Assembly (NCBI RefSeq): GCF_001194135.2
Contig: NC_068982.1
Location: 68,921,229-68,969,129, forward strand
DNA: 47,901 nt
From: Octopus bimaculoides
Taxonomy: Eukaryota
Direction: 5' to 3'
Shown here: positions 1 to 13,155 of the stretch, in pieces
Layout of the letters: each line of letters opens with the position of its first letter
Position numbering within the stretch: position 1 is the first letter of the stretch
Translations under genes and position numbers: made by a program
The notes under the pieces: generated by a model
The model's input: only the letters and a program-made list of their open reading frames with translations
Databases searched by the model: none
Told to the model about the DNA's origin: nothing

Positions 1-183
1 TATATATGTAATTATATGTTTGCATATATAGATATATGTACAAATACATGTATGTATGTACAAATACATGTATGTATGTCTATATGTATATATGTGTGTA
101 TATATATGTGTGTGTGTGTACTTATATATGTATGTAAATATGTTTATACTGTATATCTGTGTGTATATATATGCGTATTAATG

Positions 184-234
<51 letters not shown>

Positions 235-502
235 ATGTGTGTCTATATATACGCGTATGTGCGTGCACACATGCACACACACGCGCGCGCGCAGACACAC
301 ACACGAGATGAAAATGGAAACCTGCCACAGTAAGTGTTTCTTATTAATTAGCACAGTAATTGCTATTAAGGTTCAAATTTTTTAGAGGTGGTGTCTGCAA
401 GAACCGGTCTGTGCTCCATGCCTTTCCAAATGTAAGTGAAAACAAATAGCCTCAGTGAAAGAGAGAGATAGAGATAGATAGAGAGATAGAAAGAGAGAGA
501 GC

Positions 503-534
<32 letters not shown>

Positions 535-733
535 GAGCGAGAGAGAGAGAGAGCGAGAGAAAATTATATGCATGTTCTAAGAATATTAGCGACACAATTA
601 AAATGCAATCGTTACAACTGGCATTTCGAAATCAGGTGGTATGACAGACATGGATAGCCGGGAGTTTGACTGTTACTGTACGGTGCCACAATAATATATA
701 TATATTAAAGACGAGGACGACGACGATGATGAT

Positions 734-737
734 AATG

Positions 738-784
<47 letters not shown>
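734..784 (+). repeat. (AAT)n microsatellite next to a family A SINE tail fragment
   Basis: Pure AAT run. 790-841 is a minus-strand family A tail that runs into the gap. Confidence 0.9.
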
Positions 785-786
<2 letters not shown>

Positions 787-2081
787 TTTCAAATTTTTGC
801 CACAAGGGTAGCTTGGGAGAGGGGATTAAGTCGATTACATCNNNNNNNNNNNNNNNNNNNNNNNNNNNNNNNNNNNNNNNNNNNNNNNNNNNNNNNNNNN
901 NNNNNNNNNNNNNNNNNNNNNNNNNNNNNNNNNNNNNNNNNNNNNNNNNNNNNNNNNNNNNNNNNNNNNNNNNNNNNNNNNNNNNNNNNNNNNNNNNNNN
1001 NNNNNNNNNNNNNNNNNNNNNNNNNNNNNNNNNNNNNNNNNNNNNNNNNNNNNNNNNNNNNNNNNNNNNNNNNNNNNNNNNNNNNNNNNNNNNNNNNNNN
1101 NNNNNNNNNNNNNNNNNNNNNNNNNNNNNNNNNNNNNNNNNNNNNNNNNNNNNNNNNNNNNNNNNNNNNNNNNNNNNNNNNNNNNNNNNNNNNNNNNNNN
1201 NNNNNNNNNNNNNNNNNNNNNNNNNNNNNNNNNNNNNNNNNNNNNNNNNNNNNNNNNNNNNNNNNNNNNNNNNNNNNNNNNNNNNNNNNNNNNNNNNNNN
1301 NNNNNNNNNNNNNNNNNNNNNNNNNNNNNNNNNNNNNNNNNNNNNNNNNNNNNNNNNNNNNNNNNNNNNNNNNNNNNNNNNNNNNNNNNNNNNNNNNNNN
1401 NNNNNNNNNNNNNNNNNNNNNNNNNNNNNNNNNNNNNNNNNNNNNNNNNNNNNNNNNNNNNNNNNNNNNNNNNNNNNNNNNNNNNNNNNNNNNNNNNNNN
1501 NNNTATATATATACATGTATATATATATATATATATACATGTATATATACATGTACATATATATATATATATATATGTATATACATATGTATACATGTAT
1601 ATATGCATATATACATGTATATATATATGTATATGTATATATATACATGTATATACATAAGTATATATATATAGATATGTATATATATATGTATGTGTTT
1701 GCATTCATGTAACCTTGTGTGTATGTGTGTATGAGTGTGCGTGTCTTGTGTTTGAGATTCAATAAAAAAATTCAGATGAGGTTTTTTTTTTTAGTAAAGA
1801 TTTAAATTTGTATTGAAGGTTAAAAAACAAAAAAAACAAAAGGATTCTTGCACAGTAAAGAGATATGAAATAGTATTCACAATTTTAATATTTAATTATT
1901 GACAAACACTGATTATTTTTTCTGTTTCTCGTTAGATTTGCACAGGGTGGGAGCGGAATGTTGAAGAATATGATGTATTTGAAAGTGGGGTCAGCGCCGT
2001 AACTGAGTTACCCGAAGAAAAGAATTTCAGTTTCCTCCGTTAATTTCTCACTGGTTTCCTCTAATTTAATTAATTCAGCTG

Positions 2082-2083
<2 letters not shown>

Positions 2084-2114
<31 letters not shown>

Positions 2115-2218
2115 ATCGATCAATCAAGCTATTCTTACCATGTATTTATTAAGTTTTTATTTTGAAATTTAGCAGCAGCTATTATAAATACTAATTATTG
2201 AAACGATTCAATGACAAC

Positions 2219-2298
<80 letters not shown>
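2084..2298. repeat. (ATCA)n and (AAT)n microsatellites just downstream of the otp stop
   Basis: (ATCA)n at about 2084-2126 and (AAT)n at about 2221-2298. Confidence 0.9.
2145..2150 (-). promoter_or_regulatory. candidate otp poly(A) signal AATAAA
   Basis: tttatt on plus = AATAAA on minus, about 260 nt after the stop codon. Common by chance in AT-rich DNA. Confidence 0.25.
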
Positions 2299-2300
<2 letters not shown>

Positions 2301-2406
2301 CTTGTGGTAATGGTAAGAGACTGTCTCTTCTAGTAACACATGTGTATTTATATATATATGTATTCGGATGTTGTTACTCAATGAGAGTCCAGTAGAAGGA
2401 CGCAGG

Positions 2407-2937
2407 TCATCGGAAACCTGACATGCTTACAGTGTGCTCCAGCGCCCTCCGTCTGAGAGATGCTATACTAGTACCTCTCCATGCATCGCCAAGTTCCTGC
2501 ATGGCGCATGGGATCTGGGATGTGGTGATGGACGGGGACTGAGATCCATCAGACATAGGTGATGTACCAGACGAAGGAACACAATAGGCAGTATTGTAAA
2601 TTGAAGGGCTGTTCACAGTGTTGGTCACATTGCATGTAATACCGTTACCCAAAACGTTGCCTTGGTTCAATCCTACCGATACTTGAGGTGATAAAGACTG
2701 GGCCAGGCCCTGGCGAGGTATAGCTGTCGCCAGACCGAATTGATTGCCGTTCATTGGGGTCGGTATTTGTGACATACCAGCCCATCGGGTGTCTGAGGGA
2801 TGAAATGAGCAAAGGGTGTCATTCATGCCACTGAATGGGTTCAGTGCGTGTGAGGGAAGCAAAGCGCCTGGTGTGCGAAACACGTTGGTAGTCTTCTTGC
2901 GTTTTTTCCACTTAGCTCGGCGATTCTGGAACCAAAC
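2407..2937 (-). CDS. otp: orthopedia, last coding exon (homeodomain helix 3 end, Otp motif, OAR domain)
   Basis: Minus strand reads ...tcttctttcaacAG|GTT TGG TTC CAG AAT = VWFQNRRAKWKKRKKTTNVFRTPGALLP...DTLCSFHPSDTRW...QGLAQSLS...DAWRGTSIASLRRRALEHTVSMSGFR, stop TGA at 2409-2407. KKRKKTTNVFR, SLCSF..DTRW and the OAR motif WRGTSIASLRR.ALEH are the Otp signature as I recall it from vertebrate OTP. Acceptor AG at 2939-2938 has a pyrimidine tract. Confidence 0.97.
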   Translation of the reverse strand, partial: VWFQNRRAKWKKRKKTTNVFRTPGALLPSHALNPFSGMNDTLCSFHPSDTRWAGMSQIPTPMNGNQFGLATAIPRQGLAQSLSPQVSVGLNQGNVLGNGITCNVTNTVNSPSIYNTAYCVPSSGTSPMSDGSQSPSITTSQIPCAMQELGDAWRGTSIASLRRRALEHTVSMSGFR

Positions 2938-3044
2938 CTGTTGAAAGAAGATAAAAGTGTTAGACAGCTTTCAAATGGATACATACATATTCATATATAC
3001 ATACATGCATTCATACATACATTCCATATATATACATTTATACA

Positions 3045-3225
3045 CTGTTGTGTCTGGGGAGAGTCATTTTCTTACTGTGCCTTGAAATTTAACACACTCA
3101 CCGTTAAAATTTCCACTTATTTCTAATTTTTATTTTCCTAAAATAAGAAATAAGTGGAAATTTTAACGGTGAGTGTGTTAAATTTTAAGGCACAATAAGA
3201 AAATGACTCTCCCCAGACACAACAG
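3045..3225. mobile_element. foldback / MITE-like element with 80-bp inverted arms
   Basis: 3045-3124 is the reverse complement of 3146-3225 with 2 mismatches (3075/3195, 3084/3186) and a 21-bp spacer. TA dinucleotides at 3041-42 and 3228-29 could be a Tc1/mariner-type target-site duplication. Confidence 0.8.
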
Positions 3226-3666
3226 AATATGCTTCAACACACGAAATCACATAAAAAATCTTGCAAACCAAATCCAAAAACGAAATACATTTATACATAA
3301 ATGCATTAATATATACATTTCATATATATATACGTATATACATACACGCATTCATTCATATATACATTTCATACATAATTACAAAATTACGTATATAATC
3401 CATTACCAAAACAATAAAAATATCTAAAACACTAAAACATTATATACACATTACTGTAGTTTATCATGTAGTATGTATACTTTCTCAAGTATGGATATAC
3501 GAATATATGATTATGTACTCATATATAAATCAAAGCATACAAAATCATTCGCCATATGACTAGTACGCATGCATGCATGCAAATACATACATTCGTTGAT
3601 ACACACATTCGTACATATTCTCCCATCCATCGATCTATCCATCCGTCCGTCCACCCGCCCGCTCGC

Positions 3667-3770
<104 letters not shown>

Positions 3771-4824
3771 TTATATGCATACAAACAGTTCTGATATACT
3801 TATTTGAGGCAGAAAAGAAAAATTATACATAGTCACAGCGGTCTTCTGCAAATGAGAATGTCTCTTCCAAAATCAGCGAGAAGTTTATGAGATTTATGGA
3901 TAAATGCTTGAAACCTGCAACTTCTCTATTCTTATGATAAATTCACATTTACGTATACCAATTAGTGTACTTGGAGCACTAATGTAGGAGTTTCAGCAAA
4001 GAAAGAGACTGGCTAACACACTTCTTACAAATGCAGTCTGTAAGCGGAACAGTAAAAATATGCAAGACTTTTCTAATGTAATCATTATTGTTTTTTCAAT
4101 CCTAATTCAAGCGATCGAATTTTGTTTATTTGTTAGAAACCGTCTCCTTCCTTCAAGAAAGAATTCTTATGGTTAAAAAAAAAAAAAAAGAAAGGAGAAA
4201 TATGTATGCATATATGATTAACCTAATTGATGTAGTCTAAATGCTGATGAGAAAGTTTCGTTTCTTGGTTGGAGCTCAGATCTTTCTCTATCAGAGTGAC
4301 GTTTGAAAAATTAAACTAAAAGAACATGTATATAAAATAGTATCGCCATCTAATTATGCCGGCCTAACTCAGTTTAAATCTGAGGCAAACTTTTTCTTAC
4401 ACATGTACACACGCGCACATACATTCTACTCAACAACGTAGACTGGGTTACATAAAATACTATTTGACCATTGGCCGCGGAAAATTCGCTCGACAATTAT
4501 GACAAGCATTGTAACAACATCAGTTCACTTATTTATATTCCAGTTGCTTATGTTGCTGACACTACCTCACTGAGCAATATTGTCGTTAAGTATCGAAACT
4601 GTGATGATATTTGCTCGATAACTAATGAGAAATTGACCATAACCGCATCCATTGTGTGTGATTGTTCCTGTTTTTTTCTGTCGTTCCATTGTCACCTCGT
4701 GTCGCATTTTCTCTACCACACACACACAGACATATATGCACATACATACATATTTTAGTAGAGTCGACTTGCACCCCCACGTCAACTCCAAACACATGCA
4801 CATTACAACCAAACATACATTACA

Positions 4825-5150
4825 TTCTTTTATCTTTTACTTGCATCATTCAGTGGACTGCAGCCATGCTAGGGCACCGCCTTGATATGTGGTATTCATT
4901 CTCTCGGCTTCTTTTGCCGAATCACTAGGCTACAGAGGTGTAAACAATTCAATACCGGTTGCCAAGCGGTGGTTGGACACACAGGCACGCACGCACACAC
5001 AGAGGAAACGCTTTTTTCACTTTCCATCTACGAAATCCACTCACAAGGTTTGGGTCGGCCTGGGGCTATAGTAATGTAAAAGGTGCCACTCAGTGAGACT
5101 GAAACTGGAACCATGTCGTTGAGAAACAAGCTTCTTACCGCACAACTACG
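4825..5150 (-). mobile_element. tRNA-headed CORE-like SINE (family B), rearranged copy with tail fragment
   Basis: Reverse complement matches the head, body and tail of the family B copy at 46010-46965 (gtaagaagcttg...ccgacccaaaccttgtgagtggat; caaggcggtgccctagcatgg). Confidence 0.75.
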
Positions 5151-5601
5151 CCTCTACCTACCTACCTATCTCCCCCACCCCGTCACATTATGGGAGAGTC
5201 AACTTATGCCCCTTCCCCCAAAAAAAAACAAAACAAACAAACAAAAACCCTAACCAAAGAATAAAACTATACGCACCAATACCAAATAGTATTTGCTCTT
5301 TAATTATTTATTCATTAGTATCAAAGGTGTTCGTTAAATTCATGTAACCTAGTTTATGATCTTTACTACAGATGTATCGGACAGCTTTAATGTTAATAAC
5401 CAACTCATTAGAGAATAAATAAGGGACTAATAATCGTAATTTTAATCAATGTGTTTATTATTGGTAAAATAACCCACTCATTCCTCAAAATACAATAATA
5501 CAACTATAACAATAACGTTTGAATATGCAATTACAGATCAAAACGCATGCGTAACATAATAACAGGTGAAGTTATTAGTAAAACTACTGCAATGGAAGAA
5601 T

Positions 5602-5796
5602 AGGGCGGCGAGCTGGCAAAATCGTTAGTGGCATTTCGTTTCTCTTTACATTCCGAGTTCAAATTTAACCGGGGTCGACTTTGTCTTTCATCCTTCCAGG
5701 GTCGATAAAATAAACGCCAGCTGAGCCCTGGGGGTCGATGTAATCCACTTTTCCCTCCCTCGAAACTGCTGGCTTTGTATTGAAACTTGAAACCAA
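5602..5796 (+). mobile_element. tRNA-headed SINE (family A)
   Basis: ggcggcgagctggc head, gagttcaaat B-box-like motif, and the gtcgactttg..tcatcctt..gggtcgataaa body shared with more than 20 copies in the window. Confidence 0.8.
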
Positions 5797-7387
5797 TTAT
5801 ATGGAAGGATAAAAGTGATAAAATTGAAATAGACAAGACCTTTTCCACGCCAAATGTCCCATGGATGTGTTAAGTGGAGTCTGCATTATAGCAAGAATTC
5901 GAATTTACTTAAATATTCGGCAATCAAAAAAAATCAGTTCAAATGGGTTGTTAAAAGGCCACACAGAAAATATAATTCCAATTTGGGTACCAAACATCAA
6001 AACCAACCAAATTTGGGTAAAATCGGTAGTTATTGACCCCCCCAACGTAATTAAACAAGTATAAAGACAGGAAGCAAAATGGATTCAAAACCTAATAAAT
6101 TTCTTGAAATAATTGATCTTAAATGCACTTTTTTGGTATTTAGCCTATTTTATTGAGTAAAAATCTGATTAGGAAGGTCAGATTCCGACTTGGAGGATTT
6201 TGCCTTGCTAATGCCGAAAATGAAGGGCCAAAACACGAGATAACAAAAAGAAAATATTCCCAACAAATCCCTTGATTGAAATTTACCATACCACAAATAT
6301 TGAAACAACAATGCCTAACGAATAATAAGCGTAACATATAGTGATTCGATTCTTGATTGTTCTTCTGTCAAAGCAGACACCTTATGTTCTGCAGAACGGG
6401 CTGTGTGACCAACTTCACCACAAACAGAACAAGTTGGGCTGCGACGTTTCGAAGCAATTGCTGGATGCAACATGATGGACATTCGCCTGAAGATATCATG
6501 GTTGTTATCTTTGATTGAAAGCTGGCGAGATCTTGCAGATAATCATTTTTAACCGCAATACACCAAAAAGGTAATTTTGGTCGATATGCTCTGATTTGGT
6601 TATTTGAATCCAGACCCCCATAAACAAAAAAAAAAAAATTATAATTTTGGTTCCAGCTGATAGCCCTTTAAAATTGTGGTTCAAACGAGCCCTCAACCAC
6701 TATCAGGTGATTATTTTAACCCGAGATATGATTTGTTTTCTGAATTAGCCAATCTGGGTACAATGTGCATAGAACTTTTTGTAAATAGACCTACCGCTAA
6801 CATATAAAACTTAATCACTATACCCTGTCTAATTATGCAACCTACATGCATTCATTTTACTTGTCTTTGTACTTGCCAAGAAAGGGATTCGATCTGAGAC
6901 AGAGATGAAGCTAAAAACAATTACATCTATTATTTGGTGTCAAAATTTTCGACTTGGATAGTGTGACGAAAATTTTGACTTTAAAAATTAACAGTTTTTA
7001 TGTATTTTTGAATGACTAGTGTGTTCCAAGCTAATTTTTTTTTTATCTTACTTCATTATCTTCCTTACCTATTCATTCCAGCATCCTTTCCTAGCCACTT
7101 CCCTTTAACTAGATTTCAATTCTTCATTTTTTTTTATTACTAATTTATTTATCTTTCTTTATATAGCCTTTTCTATTTCAACTTACATATATTTACACTG
7201 CAATTTAATTCTTATTTTCACTTCAATTTTCTTCTAATATAATCATTAAATCATTAAATATAAGAACTTTTACTATTATTCATTAATCTTTTAATTACCT
7301 GATTTTAATTATCTGCGTTGTTATCTTTTATCTTTTGCGTTTCATTAAAAAGCCTTGGAGGCTTTTAACCAAATAACTCGAGTTCAG

Positions 7388-7501
7388 TTCTTATTTCTCA
7401 GTCCTGTACTTATTCTATCGGCCCCTTTGACCGAAACTGTGAAGTTACTGGAAAGTAAACAAATCAACGCCGGTTTCAAGCGGCGTGAGGGACATGCATC
7501 A

Positions 7502-7532
<31 letters not shown>

Positions 7533-7690
7533 GCGAGGTCCCACACATTTCCGTCTTCCAAATCCACTCATTGGTCAACCCGGAGTTATAGTAGAAGTCA
7601 CTCGCCGAAAGTGCCACGCTGTGGGATCGAACCCAAAACTATGTGGAAGCAAAGCGAGCTTCTTTATCACACAGACATGCCTGCGCCTGT
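7388..7690 (-). mobile_element. SINE family B with internal (CA)n
   Basis: Reverse complement gives an aggcgcaggcatg head, then body, (GT)n, and the ttcggtcaaaggggccgatagaataagtac module seen in the other B copies. Confidence 0.7.
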
Positions 7691-7837
7691 TAATAATTAA
7701 TTGTTAATAATATTCAGATGATATTTCTTTAAGATATGGTGACAGGTCATATTTGCAACTCACTGATTTTGTGCAACTAACATCAAACTTCCCTCATGCG
7801 TTTTGGTCACAGGTTTTAGTCTTTTAGGCTTTCATAG

Positions 7838-8095
7838 TAGGAGGCGCAATGGTCTAGTGGTTAGAGCAGCAGACTCGCGGTCATAGGATCGCGGTTTCGA
7901 TTCCCAGATCGCGGTTTCGATTCCCAAACAAGGGTCAGCCTTGTTACACTGTGTCACGCTGAATATCCCCGAGAACTACGTTAAGGGTACACGTGTCTGT
8001 GGAGTGCTCAGTCACTTGCACGTTAATTTCACGAGCAGGCTGTTCCGTTGATCGGATCAACTGGAACCCTCGACGTTGTAAGCGACGGAGTGCCA
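7838..8095 (+). mobile_element. tRNA-headed SINE (family C)
   Basis: A box tggtctagtgg and B box gtttcgattcc (locally duplicated). Tail ccccgagaactacgttaagggtac...cacgttaatttcacgag is shared with 12878-13155. Confidence 0.75.
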
Positions 8096-8705
8096 ACACA
8101 AACACAGTTTTCATAGTGACACATCTTTTTTCGAAGTTAAAAGGTTTTTCTCGCAAAACTTTTCTTGAGTTACAAAACTTTTTTCAAAAACCTCTTTATT
8201 TTGTCCTTATCTCTGCTTTTTACTTCAATGTTTTTAGAATCTAATTTATAACTAAATGTTTTCATACAGATATGAACCCCACTTTTTTTTTACCTGTTGC
8301 TTTACACTGATAAGCAATTTATCTTTGATCTTTTCTTAAGTCCTTTTGCAGACTCAGTGTCATTATGTTTAATAGTTCCCAAATTTTAATCAGCTCTCCC
8401 TCTGTTTTTGTGCGAGGTAGGTATGTCTTATTTATATCAACTTTAATGAAAATAGGCTCAAAATATAGGAAGTAGTTTTTAATCAGTTTCACTTATTTTG
8501 TTTAAGATTCGAGTGGGTGGCAAAATGTCCAATGCTATTCTCTACATATCTGATTTTATATCAGAGTGACATTCTTGTAGACACATGCTTCAACAGAAGC
8601 TGAGGTGTGCCTCACTCCCAGTAGTCTTTCAGCACGCCGAACATCATCTCGGAATTTCTGCACACATACACACACATTCACACACATACACACACACATA
8701 TGCAT

Positions 8706-8744
<39 letters not shown>

Positions 8745-9566
8745 CATATATATACATATATATATATATACATATATACATACATATACATATATATATA
8801 TATATNNNNNNNNNNNNNNNNNNNNNNNNNNNNNNNNNNNNNNNNNNNNNNNNNNNNNNNNNNNNNNNNNNNNNNNNNNNNNNNNNNNNNNNNNNNNNNN
8901 NNNNNNNNNNNNNNNNNNNNNNNNNNNNNNNNNNNNNNNNNNNNNNNNNNNNNNNNNNNNNNNNNNNNNNNNNNNNNNNNNNNNNNNNNNNNNNNNNNNN
9001 NNNNNNNNNNNNNNNNNNNNNNNNNNNNNNNNNNNNNNNNNNNNNNNNNNNNNNNNNNNNNNNNNNNNNNNNNNNNNNNNNNNNNNNNNNNNNNNNNNNN
9101 NNNNNNNNNNNNNNNNNNNNNNNNNNNNNNNNNNNNNNNNNNNNNNNNNNNNNNNNNNNNNNNNNNNNNNNNNNNNNNNNNNNNNNNNNNNNNNNNNNNN
9201 NNNNNNNNNNNNNNNNNNNNNNNNNNNNNNNNNNNNNNNNNNNNNNNNNNNNNNNNNNNNNNNNNNNNNNNNNNNNNNNNNNNNNNNNNNNNNNNNNNNN
9301 NNNNNNNNNNNNNNNNNNNNNNNNNNNNNNNNNNNNNNNNNNNNNNNNNNNNNNNNNNNNNNNNNNNNNNNNNNNNNNNNNNNNNNNNNNNNNNNNNNNN
9401 NNNNNNNNNNNNNNNNNNNNNNNNNNNNNNNNNNNNNNNNNNNNNNNNNNNNNNNNNNNNNNNNNNNNNNNNNNNNNNNNNNNNNNNNNNNNNNNNNNNN
9501 NNNNNNNNNNNNNNNNNNNNNNNNNNNNNNNNNNNNNNNNNNNNNNNNNNNNNNNNNNNNNNNNNN

Positions 9567-9609
<43 letters not shown>

Positions 9610-9694
9610 CATACACATATATATATATACATATATATACATACATAATGTACATACATATGTACATATATACATACATATATATACATACACA

Positions 9695-9732
<38 letters not shown>

Positions 9733-9789
9733 TGCAGATATATATATATACAAATATATACAGATATATATATATATACCTATATACAC

Positions 9790-10096
9790 CTTTCAGAGGA
9801 CCTCAGCTCTTCAATGCCTTGCCAAAACATTTGAGAGACCTGCAAGACATGGATGCGGAGGTCTTCAAGACAAAACTTGACACTTTCCTCTCCACGATAC
9901 CAGACGAACCAATGGCTCGTAATGAGACGCAGTTTAGGGCAGCTATGTCAAATTCTCTTATACACCAGATGTGCCATCAAAACTCTTGATTGGACCATGT
10001 CAGGTGGGGGAGAAGAGCCATGCAAGGAACGTGAAAATCACGGTGGTGCACCAGCATGACCGCAGCCACTTGGCTGAAACACATAAAAAAAAAAAA
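9790..10096 (+). mobile_element. 3' end of a CR1-group LINE (5'-truncated)
   Basis: Reads [40 protein letters not shown]...[11 protein letters not shown] to stop at 9989. This resembles the post-RT C-terminus of CR1/L2-group LINEs. It is followed by a short 3'UTR and an A-run at about 10085-10096. Clade assignment is from memory. Confidence 0.75.
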
Positions 10097-10118
10097 TATA
10101 TATACATATATATATATA

Positions 10119-10120
<2 letters not shown>

Positions 10121-10196
<76 letters not shown>
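10121..10196. repeat. (CA)n microsatellite
   Basis: Directly visible. Similar tracts occur at 11419-11527, 27456-27528 and 42168-42255. Confidence 0.95.
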
Positions 10197-10202
<6 letters not shown>

Positions 10203-11416
10203 CACAGACAGTGTTTACAATATCGAATGATTGATAGATATACACAACTGCGGGGGAGAGTTGTAACGAGAAAATTCGAGTACATACAAAAAAAAACGGC
10301 TGTCCCCTCACTCGCTGCAGTAGTTTTATAATTTATGAGACGAAAACTTATATTGTATGTGTATGTAGGTGTGGGGGGTGGGGGATGGAACAAGGAGCAA
10401 ATATATACACCTTGCAGTGTGTAAAGTGCAAGAAAATCTATGAAACAAACTAAATTTAATACAGTAATGTGTTTTTTCTAATTTCCTTCTCTCACTAGAA
10501 ATGTTTTGGTTTTGTCAGTATAGCTTTTGAAATGTTTTTCTTGTTTGTTTGATGGTTTGTTTTAGCGTGTTTATTATATTTTTATTATTTTCCATCATGT
10601 TTTTATCCATATTCACCTCTCCCCACCACCTCTTCGAAAATCCGTAGTTGTCTTTTTGTTTTGTTCTGTTTTTGTGTTAGTTTTCCTTCCTAATATTTCG
10701 TTTTAGATTTTTTAAAGCTCTGCTGCAGTTGTATTTTGTTTTGTGTCTTGTTTATTCCTATCATCATCACCCCACACTCGCACAGGGAATCATTGCAGAC
10801 ATTAGTTCTCTCTGTGATAATAATCATTTGATATAGCGGAGCTTGCATCCGACTTCATGTTCATGTGGTAGCAGCAGAAAACGAAGAACGGGGGTTAGAT
10901 GGTCAGAAATATATATATGAAAAAAAAAAAAAAAAAGATACAAATAAAATAGAGTAAAATAAAATAGTAAGAATAACCGAGGGTCATGGCATAATTTAAT
11001 GGGATAATTCGTGAAATGGGAATCTATAGGGACATAACTTTTTGTGTGCGTGCATGATCGAAAACGCTAGGCAATTTACGTTTCCCTTTCCAGATACGAA
11101 ATGAAATTCGTTACAGTATCTGCTGTCATGAAATCCGAGACTAAAGCGGAGGCCCTTTATGCAAGTATCACAGGCAATTCCATTATCCTCTAATTTTCTT
11201 CTGTTATTTTATGTCCTAAAGTTTGTCCCCCAGGGCCAAACACTGCAACGAGAAATGGTTAGCTGCATGCAGGCTTTATTGACAACACTCCGTTCACTTT
11301 CTGCTGGTCCTTTTTCACAAGAGAGCAGTTTGTTAAACGTCACCAGATCGAGCTGAAAGTAAATGAGCTTTCCTTAGCGTATCAGCGCGCTTACACGCAC
11401 ACTTACGCATACATGT

Positions 11417-11529
<113 letters not shown>

Positions 11530-12228
11530 TCATCAGTTTTCTGAACTGACGAATTTATCAAAGTAATCATCGTTTCACGCGATTCGAAGAGGCGGTTTTG
11601 CTGTTTGGTTGAATCCATTACAAACACCTTTTAAGATTTTTGTGTCATTTTCTTCTTTTCTTATTTTATCATCAGCCATTTCTTACATAGGCGTGAAACC
11701 AGAATTTTTTTTTAAGCCAAAGGAATTAGATTTTTATAACATTCATGCCTTTCTAAATGGGTTTTGCATCACACATGCACACATCCGGTGGTGAAGTGGG
11801 AACAAAAGATAAGCGGACTAAATGCTGCATAATATTTAGTTCCGTTCCCCTACATATGAATTCAAATTCCATTGAAGTCATGTGCTTTCTTTCCTGTGGA
11901 GTTAATCACGTGCTAGGGTTGATTTTATTTTTCGGTTATTTTCTCCCCAACAAATCTGTGTTCTTTCGTCAGTGTAAGAAATCACATACAGGTACACACA
12001 CACACACGCGTGCACGCACGCCCACGCGCGCATTTTCCGTGTAGGAAGGGAATAACCAAATCTATTGACTTTTGTTTAAAAATTCACTGCGGAAGGTTTT
12101 AAGACTGTAGTCTAATTACTTTAAATTTATTTATACACACTCATAATACCTGCATATATGTAAGTATATGTATGTACGTATATATAAATGTATATATGCA
12201 TGTGTATGTATGTACCTAATCTATCTAT

Positions 12229-12259
<31 letters not shown>

Positions 12260-12877
12260 CATATATATTATATTTTTGTACATACATATATTATATAATA
12301 TACTCTATACATACATATATATATTATACACACACGCATACACATATTTATACATACATACATAAACATTCATACATATATTTATATACATACACATACA
12401 TACATACACATACGTATATACGTACACAAATACATACATACACAAATACACACACACATATATACACGCACACATAATTTTAAAACTGAGATTATTAATT
12501 TAAACCCAGTTTAAAAAGAACTGTATTAAGTCTCTCATTTACTGATAAAGTGGATGACTTAACTGAAAGTAGACTAAAATATTAATGCAAATTTCGTGTC
12601 AATACGAAATTTACGATGTATGTATGTATTTGATTGGTAAAGTCAAGACCATTGGACAGAATACGTTGTAATATTTGTTCCGGCTCTCTGTTTGCATTTA
12701 GAATTCACATCTCAGTTTTGCGCTTCGTGTATTTCTGGTCGATAAACAAGCTATTAACTTTGTGCTTATACATTCTCTCTCTCTCTCCCCCATTTCTATC
12801 TTCCAGTTTTTACACAATGGACGTTCCAATGGATCAAGGATGGAATTATTTGTATTAGAAACAATATGAATATATAA

Positions 12878-13155
12878 AGCGCGTGGCTTAGTGGTTAGAG
12901 CATTCGGCCCACGTTCATAAAGGTGTGCGTTCGATTCCCTGTGGCACGTTGTGTTCTTGAGCAAGACACATAATTTCACGTTGCTCTAGTCCACCCACCT
13001 GGCAAATGACCAGGCTTGTCACATTCCGTGTCAGGCTAAACCTCCCCGAGAACTACGTTAAAGGTACGCGGATCTGTGGAGTGCTCAGCCACTTTCACGT
13101 TAATTTCACGAGTAAGCTGTTTAGTTGATCGAATCAACTGAAACTCTCGTCGTCA
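12878..13155 (+). mobile_element. tRNA-headed SINE (family C)
   Basis: A box tggcttagtgg, B box gttcgattcc, CORE-like ttcttgagcaagacac, and the tail shared with 7838-8095. Confidence 0.8.

Noticed and set aside
16-1762. Long ORFs rich in Y/I/C/V/M/H/T here and across other gaps (e.g. 8556-9989, 15879-16667, 24478-25545, 35178-37664, 46041-46942)
   Set aside because: They are translations of (AT)n, (CA)n, (TATG)n and (AG)n microsatellites and N runs, with no coding signal.
6360-6510. WMQHDGHSP peptide resembling the Tc1-like W.Q.DGA.PH motif
   Set aside because: Only a short motif, with no flanking transposase similarity or TIRs recognisable by eye.
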